From positions 97,464,001 to 97,528,000 of the forward strand of contig OZ024745.1 in NCBI GenBank assembly GCA_964016885.1: DNA of 64,000 nt. Reading direction: 5' to 3'. Every line of letters starts with the position of its first letter. Within the stretch, counting starts at the first letter, position 1. A program made the position numbers and the translations under genes. The notes below the pieces were generated by a model, which was not told the origin of the DNA, searched no databases, and saw nothing but the letters and a program-made list of their open reading frames with translations. This DNA is from Eledone cirrhosa. Lineage: Eukaryota. Shown here piece after piece: positions 1-14,870 of this stretch.

Positions 1-345
1 ATACATTATATATATATGTATATATATATATGTGTATATATATATATGTGTATATATACATATATATGTGTGTATGTATATAGATGTAGACATATATGAA
101 GATATATGTATATATGTATATATATATATGTGTACACACACACATATATACATATATATGTATGTATGTATGTATGCTTGAATATATATAGATATTGGAC
201 AGCTTTTCAAATGAAATTGACATATCAAAATGACATTAAGTTCAGTAGTTAGGTGAAAGTTTATAACAGAGCTAGATACTTTATAACCAGTTCATATAAT
301 TTACACTGTTTAGTTTTATCTTTTTTTTTTTTATAAATTTTTCAT

Positions 346-382
<37 letters not shown>

Positions 383-721
383 GTAATGATAATGATAATC
401 ATTGTTTTTTAATCTTTTACTTATTTGTTGAGAAAATAACTTTAAAAAATAAAAAAATTATGGCAAAATATAAATTTTTAAGATGAGAATAGTGAATGGT
501 AAGATAGATACTGTTCAGAAAAATATGATCCGATAAGGGAGGGTGGATAATACCTATCTGTGGAAAAAATGGCACTGCTATAGAAATGACGCAAAGGAAA
601 TTTGAAAATAGAAATTGCAAATGTCAATTATATTACATACATATGTACATATATATGTATATCTATATATATGTATGTATATATATATGTGTATATATAT
701 ATTTATATATTATATATATAA

Positions 722-753
<32 letters not shown>

Positions 754-772
754 TATATAAATATAAATATAT

Positions 773-803
<31 letters not shown>

Positions 804-808
804 ATATA

Positions 809-852
<44 letters not shown>

Positions 853-2146
853 AGTGTTTATATATATGAGTGTGCATATATGTATATGTATATATATATA
901 TATTTATATATATATATATACACACACACAATAAACCTTATGATCGGATGTTTTCAACAGATTTTGTAAAGATTAGCAAACTAGGAACCAGAATGTTTAA
1001 ATTTTATTTAAATTTAAATTCAAGGATATGAAATCTAATGGTTTCTTTGTGTTTTTGAGGAACGAGAAAATGAGCTGTTGTAATGTTCATGCCTTTATGA
1101 AAGGCAAATAGTGACATAAATGAAATGAAGCAAACTAACTTCTTTAACCAGGAACCAGTAAACAAATGAATGCATATCACAGACTCACCTTGCTGGTGAG
1201 TGTGCCTCTTCTTAATGACATTCACCTTGAAATAATGTAAATATTTTTGATTTAAAAATGTGTAGTCCCACAGGCCCCATATTTATAAACAGTGGAACTG
1301 AGATGCTGTGACATTCATACCATGTAAAGACTGCTGACCATAAAGCTGTATAGATAAAGTTAAATGACCACAACCATGTCCAGACACATTCTGCTGGGAG
1401 GTCAATAAAATTCTATAGTATCTGGAGGTAAAACAACCATTTATTTCTTAAAAAGTCTCAGGAATCATTGAAAGCTTCTGCTGACATCTCCAAGATTCTC
1501 ACAATCTAAAATCCTTGTTTCTTTTCTTTGCTATGTGTTCTTTATATTTGTTTTTTTGGTGCTTTTTTTTTTGCTCTATTTATTTTTCATTTTCTTTTTT
1601 TCTTTTTTTTTCTTTTTTAGTAAATTACTAAGAAAATTCTTCAGAGGGATATCAATAAAATTATTTCTTTCTCATTTTGTTGCATTGACAAACTTACATA
1701 CACTACACACATGCATATATATATATGTGTGTATGTGTATATTTATATACACACACACACACAACTATGTATACATATATATACATACACACACACACAC
1801 GAAACACATGTTGTTCATATGTGTGTGTAATTGAATACGTGGAGAAAAAGAGAGAAAGGAAAGCAAGGTGTGTATATAATGAGATATAGAAACATCTAGT
1901 GAAGGTATTTGGCAAGTATAGTATAAATAGGAGCCACAGTAGTGCAGTGTAAGAAAGGAAATCAATTTTAATTGCTTTACAAGGTAAATAAAGGGGCAGG
2001 GTGAGAGTTTAAATTTAAAATAAAAATTAAATAAATTTAACATAGGTTAACAAAAACGAAAAAAAACAGAGGAAATAAAACAAAAAGGAAAAAGAAAAAC
2101 AACCTATGAACAAATTACATACATCATTTAATGTTTGCTTACTTTG

Positions 2147-2184
<38 letters not shown>

Positions 2185-2294
2185 CAAAGTAACTGATGCA
2201 AACATGGAAAATAGAAGTTAAATGGGGGATGACAAAGATGATGATATAGACACACATATAATATATATAGAGACATATGCATATATATATATAT

Positions 2295-2377
<83 letters not shown>

Positions 2378-3210
2378 ACCATATAGACATATGCATATAC
2401 ATACATGTATACAGATGCACACATATATCAATACTATTCCAGAAAAAATTATAACTTACAAATTTTTCTAGAGAATACTAAGGAATTGGTCTCATGAAAC
2501 AATATCCACCCATTGACAGAATCTCTCTCTAAAGCCCTAAACAATCTCAAAATATTACCAAGGAATACTGAATGTTGGTGTAAAACCTTAAGGGAGTTCT
2601 AATCCTATTCTTTTCACTTTTATTATCCTGTACCACATGAAACAACATTAGCAATGTATTCTTGAAAATGCACAAAACAGCACAATGACTCCATCACATT
2701 AAAAGATTAAAGTCTTAACTAACAATAAAAATGCAGATTTTCACAATTTGTTCAATTGTAAAGACACTATAAACATTGGAATTTTAGGAGTTGAGTGTCA
2801 CCTGCACTTGAATATTTAGTGCTACTTCTGCATAGTGTATGATTAAAAATCTGTATGATGTATCTGATTAAAGATCAAAGGTGATCTCACACTGAATAAA
2901 TTATTCAAGTATGCTGGTGGGTGTATGCATACGAGAGTGCCTGTGTGTGTATGCTGTTGTATGTGTGAGGGGGAGTTGAATGTTGAGGTGTAAAAATATT
3001 GATACACACACATATATGTGTGATTAAATGATGGTGCTGTTGGAATTTTCTAAGAAAGAGTAAGTTTAAAGTACTCAATACATTTTCCTATTTATTAAAA
3101 TGTTATCATGTTATTATAGAAAGTTTTATAAAGTGAATGGTTGATTATTAAGAGAAAACATGTGCAATGACAGCTAATACCATACATATACATATCTCTA
3201 ACTATGTGCA

Positions 3211-3243
<33 letters not shown>

Positions 3244-5002
3244 CATGATTTAATATAGAAATGGCTTCTACAGGACTAGAACTGTTTCATTCATATGAAA
3301 TCATCATAGTGCTAGTCGTGTAAAAGCTATTTCTATATCAAATAATGATGTTCACTCTATTAATGTATTGAATACCTTTTTTAACTGTGATTAACACCCC
3401 CTACACACACACACAATAGTACTTGGGATCTACATATACATACACACATATCCATATATGTATTTGTATGTGTTGACATGCATGTGTGTATACACTCACT
3501 ACAAAAACCTGGTCAAATTTCATTGCTAATAAGTATATTTTGCTGTATTATATGTTTTCATATCTGAAACAGTTTCAAATTATTTAAATAGTGAATGAAC
3601 ATGGGCTTAAGAAATTTTTTTTATCAAATATCCTATAGAAAATAATAATAAAGTCAAAACTTCATATTAAATCAAAAGACAAAAAAGAATTATATAATAT
3701 ATAAAAAAAAACTGCATATTAGTTTCTGAAAGCTTCCCTCCATAAAAAAAATAAAAAACAAAAACAAAAACAAAAACAAACACACACCCCCTCCTTGCTC
3801 CTCCAAAACAATGTTAATGCGTATGTGTAAATATGTATAAACAACAACTCATCTCCGACTGGTTCTTGCAGACATTTCACACGGATCCTCTCTTGATAAT
3901 GGGTTTTTAAACTCAAAAATATTTGGGATAATTGAATTTGCTATGGTAAAATTCTATCACTATCTTCGCACCTTTCATTTTCAATGTATTGTATGGCTTT
4001 TAAACTTATTTAAATATATATTTCATATATATATGTATATTTCATATATATATGTATATTTCATATATATATATATATGTACATATATAATATATATATG
4101 ATTTGTTGTCTTTGCTACATATATAGTTAATTATCAGTTTTTGTAAATGTATACATACACCTATGCATATATTTCAACTTTGAAACTATCAAGATTGGGT
4201 AGAGATGTGTCTGTGCATATATTTGAATGTGTGTATATATACACACAGACATAGAAACATTAAAGGATACAATGCCAAACAGTCAAGCTTAAACTGTTTC
4301 AATGGCAAAAAAAAAAGATGTTTTTTCCGCCATCAAAACAGTTTAATCTTGACTGTTGAGCAGTTAGTTGGTCCTTCATTAATATTTACTCTCTATTTTC
4401 CATAACTACGGAAGTCTACATTGAATAATGGTTTTATAAGTCTTAATTAGTAATATCTCATCCATCTATTCACAGTATTATATATATATTACATATCGCA
4501 AATCTACTGGTCCAATGCAATGATTTAAAGACATTCTTCGCTGATATTCAAGGAAATCAAGAGATGGCATTAAAAATAAAATAAGAAAAATAATTAATAG
4601 AATTTAGAACTACATTTGATATATTTCTTTATATACAGACTTATTCACATGGGTTTCTATGTAACATAAATAGGTATTTGGTTCTACATTGATGGCAAGG
4701 CATAGTATATTATTCCACAATTAAAGCTGGACTGAGGAAAATATATTCAGTATTATTGATATATATATATATGTATATATATTGTATATGTATATATATA
4801 TATGTGTATATATATATATGTATATATATATATACACATACACCCATACATACATAGATAAATTTTACCTAATGCATTTTAACAAAAATAATCAAGTTTA
4901 TTTTATAATTCATAGTTGTCTGTTTTTAATACTAATAAAAATATTAATAATAGCAATAACGCAATGCAAAAATACCAACATGCACACACTAATATGTATA
5001 TG

Positions 5003-5056
<54 letters not shown>

Positions 5057-6513
5057 GAAATAACATTTATAGAAAAAATAATATTACACAGAAAAAGCAT
5101 GAAGGAAAACATTGCAAGACTGAGATCAGTTTAAGATTGTAAAGAAAAATATTCACATGACACGACTTATTTTTATATAATATGTGACGAAATATTCTCG
5201 GTTGTTTGGGTTTTTTGCCTTCTTCACTTTCTTCGCCCTTTTTTTTTTGTAATTATATTTTGTTTTTGTTTTACTATAAATATAGAAATAATGGGTGCGT
5301 ATACAATATAGTGCATGGCCACAGACATGAAGCTTTCTTTCATTCAGAATAATAATCATGGTTTACTTAAATCTTTAAGAAGCGTTGCACATCGGATAAT
5401 AGGATAACATTTTAAGACAACACAATATTGCAACAAAATAATTGATGCATTAGATTTCAGGGAGTAATATAGAAAAATATCTCTGTTGGAATATATTCCC
5501 ATTCTGTGTAGGGCGCTCTACATTCTTGGAATAGTTCATTTTGCTTATAATATATACTATTGCTATATATTACAACTAACAGAATTTCAACAATTCTGCT
5601 TCCTAAAGATGAAGATAAAATTATGAATGGGAAACAAATTTCATACAAGTCTGAGTTGTTTTAGAAGGATATATAAATATATCTCTATACCTGTGTTTAT
5701 TACTTCAGTCACAACAGGCTTAGTTAATGGGATGCTGGATTATTAGAGAAAGATTTAGAGGCTCACATCCCATTGCTGTATGTTATCATACTGTGTTTCA
5801 TAGCCAAAAAAAATAACAATAATAATAAATAAATAAAATTAAAACAAATTCACAGATTCAGTTCATCAGGCCGTAAATAGGATTCAAGATGATTTGACAG
5901 CATACTACTGTAAGCAGCAGGAGCATTATAAATTGATGAGCGTTTCATTTCTCTTTTAGATCGCAGACTTTAGCCTCATGTCCTTCATGGGCTAGAGAAG
6001 AGGTAGATATCTAGAAGTATTATCTTCGACCTAGTATTTTCCAAGACACACTCCTTTCATTTTTTTTTTTACTTGGGCTTATAGAAACAACCCCATGACA
6101 ACTACTACTACTACTACCACCATCACCACCACTACTACTATTACCACCACAACTACTACTACTACTACCACCACCACAACTACTATTACTACATAGATAT
6201 TAATGTATACCTAACTATATACATATCTAGCTAAATCTAAAAGCAATGGAAAGAATACCATCTAACAATAACTGTCACCTTCTTTAATCACTCTCCACCC
6301 CCCACCCCCACCCACCCTCCACATACACCCTTATCATGTTCACTGCTGTCACTCACCAAACCCACACCATTCTTGATTTTAAATTTTTTCTTCACTTTTG
6401 AGATCAAAGTGAATTAACAAAACTGCAATAAGCAATATTTTAACCTGCCTATAAGTATATTAAATAACAATATTTTAAGAAATGTTTTCAGCAATAATTC
6501 ACAACACACACGT

Positions 6514-6527
6514 GTGTATATATATAT

Positions 6528-6602
<75 letters not shown>

Positions 6603-6771
6603 TGTATATATATATATATCTATATACATACATATGTATATATACATACTTATATATATATACATACTTATATATATATATATATATATATATACTTATA
6701 TATATATATATATATATATATACTTATATATATATATATATACATATGTATATATACATACTTATATATAC

Positions 6772-6806
<35 letters not shown>

Positions 6807-6922
6807 CTTATATATATATATATATAAATATATATAATATACATACATATAATATACATACATACATATATATATATACTTATATATATATATATATATA
6901 AATATATACTTATATATATATA

Positions 6923-6999
<77 letters not shown>

Positions 7000-7000
7000 T
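6514..7000. repeat. (TA)n-rich microsatellite block (others at about 640-930, 2280-2380, 20113-20370, 30013-30262; (GT)n at 25050, 51635, 52221, 58168)
   Basis: Directly visible. Confidence 0.98.
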
Positions 7001-8302
7001 ATATTATATATATACACCCACATACATACATAAATAGACACATATAAATATACACATAATGGGTGGAATGAGAGTTTGATATGAAGAGATTTGTGTACAC
7101 CCAGTCATACGCCCCATAAAAAAAACAGGAGGGAATGAAACCTCGAAGAGAAAAAGACAGAACTGGATTTAATTTCAATATTTGGGATACACACACTGAT
7201 AGAAACATACATATACACTAAGAAAACACTTTACAGTGTACACCAATTTACTGCAAAACACTTCATTCTGTCATCATCCTCCATACAATTTCCTGAGAAG
7301 AATATTACACATTTTTAATTAGATTTTGTGTAGTTATCAAGAATTAGGTCATGTTGCATACATTGGAATAACTGAACAAGTCTACCAAACTAAATATCAA
7401 CAGTACATTATGAGGTCAGGACTTAAGAAATAGTTCAGGAACTGTTTTCATTTGTATATAGACTCTCTCTTATCTATAAAGAATCTGGACTGGACAGAGA
7501 AAGAAAGAAAGAGAGAGAGAGAGAAGCAAAGATATGCTGAGAATGGCAGACAGCAACCTTTGAATTATTCTAGGTGTTAATCTCAAAGTTTAATAAAAAG
7601 ATAATGAACCAAAAATGTGAATACATTAGTAGTCTGATTATAAAAGAGCTCTCACTCTAGAAACTAATATAATATGAAGAAGTTTAAAGAAAACAATTTT
7701 ACCATTGAGAAATAAAATGATTAGACAACATAGGTACGTTCCAATGGAGCAGTGTTTTTCATAATGGAACCATAATTCAATTGGAATGCAAATTACTCTA
7801 GAAAACTTGATCAAGACAGTCCTCACAACCCATGTTTTCCACAGAAATTTTCAAATTTTAAGTCAATTTGAGTTAAAGCTAATCTACCACTTCAACTTGA
7901 ATTGAAACATTGAACTTCTATTGGGGGCAATCCACAATATTGATAGCCATATGTTGAGCTTGTATCATGTTCAGTTTGTATTTGATTGTAGGAAAGGCAC
8001 ATTGTCTATTTGTCTCTATTTCATTACTTATGAACCAACTAATTAGATTATATGAAAAGCAGAGAGAGATGTGCCTCATATCTGTCTGATTAATGTTCTA
8101 ATAACCAGATAAACATAAAACTTGTGGTATCTCTATTATGCTATGTTATTTATAAATAGTCTAGCTACAGTAAAATATGGTCTATAGTACCTTTGAAACT
8201 ATAGGAGTTACTAATGAACACCAAAAACGGCTAGATGTAGAAGACATGAATGTCTCTACTGAAGCAGGAGAAAGAAGACAGAAGTTAAGATTAACAGATA
8301 AT

Positions 8303-8487
8303 TGTTTCTACTTTAGGCACAAGGCCAGCAATTACCCAGTGCATTACTGGCACTTTATTTTATCGACCCCGTAAGGATGAAAGGCAAAGTCAACCTCGGC
8401 GGGATTTGAACTCAGATGGTAAAGGGACGTAACTAGGCTGGAAAGCATGGCGTCCGACCCTCTACCGATACTGCCAATCGACAGCCC
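8303..8487 (-). mobile_element. tRNA-derived SINE (Octopus-type), full copy with TSD
   Basis: Minus strand reads tRNA-like head, GAGTTCAAATCCC B-box, TTGCCTTTCATCCTTACGGGGTCGATAAAATAAAGT core, and AGAAACAATTAT tail. Flanked by the direct repeat TTAAGATTAACAGATAAT. Confidence 0.9.
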
Positions 8488-9075
8488 TTAAGATTAACAG
8501 ATAATAGAATGTAAGTTGTGTATATAGTGGTAACATACATATTATTCCATTCAACAAGAATTCACAAATGACAAAGAGAGTCTAAGATGACAATCATGTG
8601 TAAATATGTAAAAACTGTTCAGTAAAGATTTTGATAGCCGACTGTTGAGAAGTAAAGAGTGAATGTAATTAGTGGAATATAATATAGTTTTATCAATCCC
8701 TGGAGAGACTAAGTCAACCTTGGAAGGATTTTAAACATGGAACTGAGAGGATCAAAACTTAATGGATGCATTTAGTTGAATTCTCAGCTTTGTCAACTCT
8801 GTTCACCATCCTATACTTTGTGAGTAACAATAACAATTTCTATAGAAACCCTTTCTTCCAACATTTCAATCTAGGAAGCACAATAAATATAAAAGAGAAA
8901 AGTTTCCATGCAAATGGATGTCAAATTCCAATAAACAAAATATAATCAGCCAACAACAAAAACAGCAGCAACAACAACAAAAGCACTAAAAGTACACCAA
9001 AATATATATATTTCCTGCACAACATTATATGTATTATGGTATAGAATCTTACAGATTCTAAGCTGAGCATTTAGT

Positions 9076-9286
9076 AGTGAAAAGAAAAGAAATCCCAGAT
9101 ATACAAACCCCACTAGTGAGCCCCATATAGTGAAAAGAAAAGAAATCCCAGATATACAAACCCCACTAGTGAGCTCCATATAGTGAAAAGAAAAGAAATC
9201 CCAGATATACAAACCCCACTAGTGAGCTTCATATAGTGAAAAGAAAAGAAATCCCAGATATACAAACCTCACTAGTGAGCTTCATA
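9076..9286. repeat. 53-bp tandem repeat x4
   Basis: TAGTGAAAAGAAAAGAAATCCCAGATATACAAACCCCACTAGTGAGCYYCATA. Confidence 0.95.
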
Positions 9287-9394
9287 TTAAAAAATGACCC
9301 CAACTGAGAAAATGGGGAGGAGAGGATTTATAAGGAGAAAGATATGAGATCGCCAACTAAATGTTGAAAACCTATTACGAGTTTTAAAACAATA

Positions 9395-10888
9395 ATTGTA
9401 GTTTCTGATTTAGGCACAAGGCCAACAATTTTGGGGGGAGAGGAAAGTCAATTAAATTGACTCCAGTGCATTACTGGTACTTTATTTCATCGACACGATC
9501 AGGACGAGAGGCAAAGCTAACCTCGGTGAGATTTGAACTCAGAATGTAAAGGGCCGTAACTCTATGCCGCAAAGCATGATGTCTGACGCTCTACCCATTC
9601 TGCCAATCCATATAAAAATAATAATAGGAGAATATACAAAAATAAGAGCAAAAATAATTTGACAGTTATGTTTTAGGAAAAATTAATTAAAAGTTTTTTG
9701 TGAAGCTCCTTCAAGCAAATAAATGCCTGACTTCGAATCTGATATTATTTCAAGATTTTTTCAATAACTACTTATCAGCCAATACTGAAATATTCATTCA
9801 TAGTTCCCAAAACAAACATCAAGACCAAACTGTCCTTTCTTATTCCCCCTAGGTTCAAATGCTACATACTATATAGTTAATGTTTGAAATTACAAATTTT
9901 TTTTTTTTTTCATTTGTTAATTTTTCTAATAAAAATTAGTTATTTCACTTGTTTTCAAGAAGATGAATCTGTATACATGGATAATGAATTTAATTTGTAA
10001 TTGTAGTCATTGTAAGCAAAGTCCTACTGACGAAATCCACCTCAAGTATCTTACTGTTACTGGTTTTATCTACATCCAGCAGAATTTAAAGGCAAAATTG
10101 ATGTTGACAGGATCTGGTTTAAAAATGTAGATGAGAGAAATGCATTTAATACAATGTTCTTTCCAGCTTGCTAGTCTGGTAATTGTAAGAGTAATAATGG
10201 TTTCTGATTTAGACACAAGACCAATAATTTTTGGGGGAGGAAAAAGTAGATTAAATCGACCCGTGCATTACTGGTACATTATTTTATCAACCATGTAACT
10301 GATGCAAGGCAAAGCTAACTAGGTGGGATTTGAATTCAGATAATAAATATAATAATGATTTCTACTATTGGCACAAGGCCAGCAATTTTGGGGTAGGGAA
10401 AAGTTGATTAAATCAACCCCAGTGCATGACTGGTACTTTATTTTATCGACCCCCGTAAGGATGCAAGGCAAAGCTAACTTCGGCGGGATTTGAATTCAGA
10501 TAATAATAATAATAAAAATAGTAATAATTTCTAACATTAGCACAAGGCCACAAATTTATAACAGAAACATCCTGGAACATAACTGAATGCTGATTGCACC
10601 ACCCACCACCAAAATAACAATAATTGAATTAATTAAAGAAACCCAACTGATGAATTTTTTATCAGGTGTCTTTCTCAAATAATGGATCTTTTGGAAGAAA
10701 GATTTGTTTCTGGTTCAAGAAAGCATTATATATATATATATATATATATATACAGTTGAAAATGAACAAACAAAACACAGGAAGTAATTGTACACAGTTA
10801 TATTAGGTTTACGCTTGGTGGAAGTGGAGGTTTCAACGTTTCAGACATAAGTCCTTCATCAGGAAAGTTTGGATAGGGGGAGAACAGG

Positions 10889-10927
<39 letters not shown>

Positions 10928-12075
10928 CTTTTTATAAGCTTCTCATCTTTCAATAAAATAAAAAAAAATAAAGAGAAAAAAAGAAAATTAGAAAATTACA
11001 ATAAAAATAAACTTTCCTAATATTAAACTAAAATATAACATAAAAAACAAAGTATTTTTTCAGTTTTTAAACATGTTTTTGTTTTATTTCATTTTTCTAT
11101 TTATTTTCTTAAAAATAGGCAAGATATAATAATAATAATGATAATCATAAGATGCTATCACAATTTTTATAACCAATAAAATCATTCATTCATACTTTTA
11201 AAAGAATCAAAATAAAACAAAAACAAAAAATACGTAAAATATAAAATAGAATTAAAAAATAGAGTAATTTCTTTCTTAGTCAGAAGGCCACCTCATCCAA
11301 ACCCTACCACATTATTATGAAAGAAAGGAAGATGTGGGGGGGGGGGGGGTCAGAGGAGAGGAATACTAAATGTATCATCTATGCTGAGATTCTATTATTA
11401 GTTAATTTTATTGATGCTGGAGGAATATTTTAATGACAAGATGGAAGTAAAATACTGTTGTTAAACATTTTAATTAGATCAAAACTTTATTAATTCTGAT
11501 TATAATAATAATGATGATGATGATGATGATTTCTACTATAGGCATAAGGCCAGCAATTTGAAGGGGGAGGAGAAAGTCAATTAAATCGACCCATTACTGG
11601 TACTTTATTTTATCAACCTCGTAAGGATGAAAGGCAAAGCTGACCTCGACAGGATTTGAACTTAGATCGTAAAGGGCCGTAACACTATGCCATAAAGCAT
11701 GTTGTCCGACACTCCACCGATACTGCCGATCGATAATAATAATTATTTCTTTACTGGTTTCTAATTTAGGCCCAAGACCAGGTATGGTGGCTGGGGTGAA
11801 GGTAATAATTGTTTCTACAATAATTGTTACCCAGTACATTACTGGTACTTTATTTTATCGACCCCGTAAGGATGAAAGACAAAGTTAACTTCGGCGGGAT
11901 TTAGTATTTGACTGGTACTTCATTTTATCAATGCCGGAAAGATGAAAATCTAAGTCAACCTTCGTGGGATTTGAACTCATAACACAAAGCATTTTGTTTG
12001 TCAATCGAACTAATAAAAAGACATTGAATAAACTAAAATGCATTTAAAAGAATTCTTGTACATTCCAAACCAAAA

Positions 12076-12126
<51 letters not shown>

Positions 12127-13690
12127 CCATCAAGTCCCCCCTCCCCATTTTAAAGAAGTAAATATCAATTATGATGATGATGATACTTCTAGTAATCCTG
12201 AATCGTATAGCTTGTGGGAGAGTTTTAAAAATGTTTTGGGGGCATGGGAGTGGGAGACAACAAAGTACGCCAACCAAACATTTAATTAAGAGACAATAAT
12301 TAACAAGCCACTCCCCCCACACATCCATCTTGATGAGTTATCAATATATTTCAATAAAAATATTACTAACCTCTACAATAAAGTACTTGTTCAATATATA
12401 TCGACAACAACAATAATATAATATAATATAATAATAATAACCTTTGTTAACTTTCACACAAGACCACATATTGTTAGGAAACGTATATAGTCAGTGAAAT
12501 CAATGCCAATATATTACTGGTACTACGTGACCAGCCACAAGGCCCAATTCTGTGGGACAAAGGGTGCACCTGACAAAATATTCTCTACTATAGTAAACCA
12601 TTGGTGTTTTATTTCATCAACCCGGGAAGGATGCAAGGCAAAGTTAAGCCTGGCAGGACTTGAACTTTAAACCTGAGTGGGATAAAACTAAACACTGGAG
12701 TGCATTTACTTTGGTGTGCTGCCATTTCTACCAGTTCAACAATATTGTTATCAATAATTGTTTCTATTTTTGGCACAAGGCCAGCAAATATCCCAGTGCA
12801 TTACTGGTACTTTATTTTATTTTATCGACCCCCGTAAGGATGAAAGGCAAAGTTAACCTCGGCGGGATTTGAACTCAGACCAGAAAGGGGCATAACTCTA
12901 TGCTACAAAGCTTGGCATCCGACTCTCTACCAATACTGCCAATCCACCGCCTATTTGTTATCAATAATAGGAGGGATGGAGGTCCCTTTCAATCCTGATT
13001 GACCATGGGCTTAAATTTAGAAAGTTTCTCTCTGAGGCACAAACCTGGGAAAAGTGTTTTTTTGTGGAAGACCAGCAGCTCTTCATACATTTTAGTCTTC
13101 CCTGTCTAAGCCACCAATGTTGTCAAAGGCCAACACAGCTTGGCGCCAGTGACATTGCAACATATGAGAAGAGCTATTACAGAAACATTCAGAAGAAGCC
13201 CAAGATATAAACGGGAGAACAAGATGAAAAAGTTTTGATTTGATTCCTACTGAAAATAGATAACATGTGCTGTAGTTTATAGAGAACGACAGTACGTCTA
13301 ACATCTGCCCAAATGATAAACATAATTGTTTCTAACATTAGCACAAGACCAGAAAGGAGTGAGGGGACTGATTATACCAATTCCAGTATTCTACTAGTGG
13401 TACTTTATTTCAGCTATCCCAGGATTTAAATTATACGCTACCCAAAAAGGATGAAAGGTAAAATTAACCTTGACAAGACTGAATTCAGAACAATTCTAAT
13501 AATAATAATAACAATGGTTTCTGATTTAGGCATAAGGCCAGCATTTTGGGGTAGGGCAGGGGGGTCGATTAAATCGACCCCAGAGTGTGACTGGTACTTT
13601 ATTTTATCAACCTCCGTAAGGATGAACGGCAAAGCTAACCTCGACGGGATTTGAAACCAGAACGTAAAGAGACATAACTCTATGCTGTGA
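9395..13690 (-). mobile_element. Cluster of about 10 full or partial copies of the same SINE
   Basis: Copies at about 9395, 10195, 10355, 11528, 11808, 11905, 12590, 12753, 13400 and 13512 share ACTGGTACTTTATTTTATCGACCCC..AAGGATGAAAGGCAAAG. Confidence 0.85.
10831..10866 (-). ncRNA. Minimal type I hammerhead ribozyme-like motif (Penelope-type)
   Basis: Minus strand: TTTC-CTGATGA-A-GGAC-TTAT-GTCT-GAA-ACGT-T-GAAA (stem I, core, stem II, palindromic stem III). Confidence 0.6.
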
Positions 13691-13990
13691 ATAATGATGA
13701 TGATGGTGGTGATTTCTAATATAGGCACATGGCCAGAAATTCAGCTGGGGAGGGGTGGTGCAGTGCAGTTTATTTAATGATCAACCCAGCAATTAACTGT
13801 TGTTTCTTTAATCTTTAAGGGTTAAAGACACCCCATGCAGGATATAATGACAACACTCAAGGATGTGGTGGCAGTGGTGGTGGTGGTTGTGGAGGCTGTA
13901 GAAATGATGAGGATAATGATATTGATAATCAACTGCAAAATATAAATAAGTCCAAATTGATATTCATAATAGTTGAATCAGTTCTGGATA

Positions 13991-14034
<44 letters not shown>

Positions 14035-14363
14035 TGATTAACAATGAGAAAGAAAGGAAAAGTAATAAAAATAATAATAATAATGATGATACAGAATGAC
14101 AAATAAACAAAACTAAAAAACAAAAAATGTACTCACAAACAAGTACAAAAATATTTAAAAAAAAACGAAATGCAAATGAAAATGAAAACATAAATATAAA
14201 TATAGATTATCTGAATAGATGAGGTTTAAATCACTAAGGCCAGATTTATGGTGTAATAGTAAGTTGGTGTTGATAAAGCAACACATTTGGATAGTTATTT
14301 TAACTACTAGTTCATACATAGATTCATTTATAGCTTAAATCTCAGATTATTTCTGGTATAACA

Positions 14364-14870
14364 GATCTATGATCAAGTCATGCTCTGGTGGATCTATGAT
14401 CAAGCCATGCTCTGGTGGATCTATGATCAAGCCATGGTGTGGTGGATCTATGATCAAGCCATGCTCTGGTGGATCTATGATCAAGCCATGGTGTGGTGGA
14501 TCTATGATCAAGCCATGCTCTGGTGGATCTATGATCAAGCCATGGTGTGGTGGATCTATGATCAAGCCATGCTCTGGTGGATCTATGATCAAGCCATGGT
14601 GTGGTGGATCTATGATCAAGCCATGCTCTGGTGGATCTATGATCAAGCCATGGTGTGGTGGATCTATGATCAAGCCATGGTGTGGTGGACCTATGATCAA
14701 GCCATGGTGTGGTGGATCTATGATCAAGCCATGGTGTGGTGGATCTATGATCAAGCCATGGTGTGGTGGATCTATGATCAAGCCATGGTGTGGTGGATCT
14801 ATGATCAAGCCATGGTGTGGTGGATCTATGATCAAGTCATGCTCTGGTGGATCTATGATCAAGTTATGGT
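14364..14870. repeat. 27-bp minisatellite GGTGGATCTATGATCAAGCCATG(GTGT/CTCT), about 19 units
   Basis: Directly visible; two unit variants. Confidence 0.97.
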
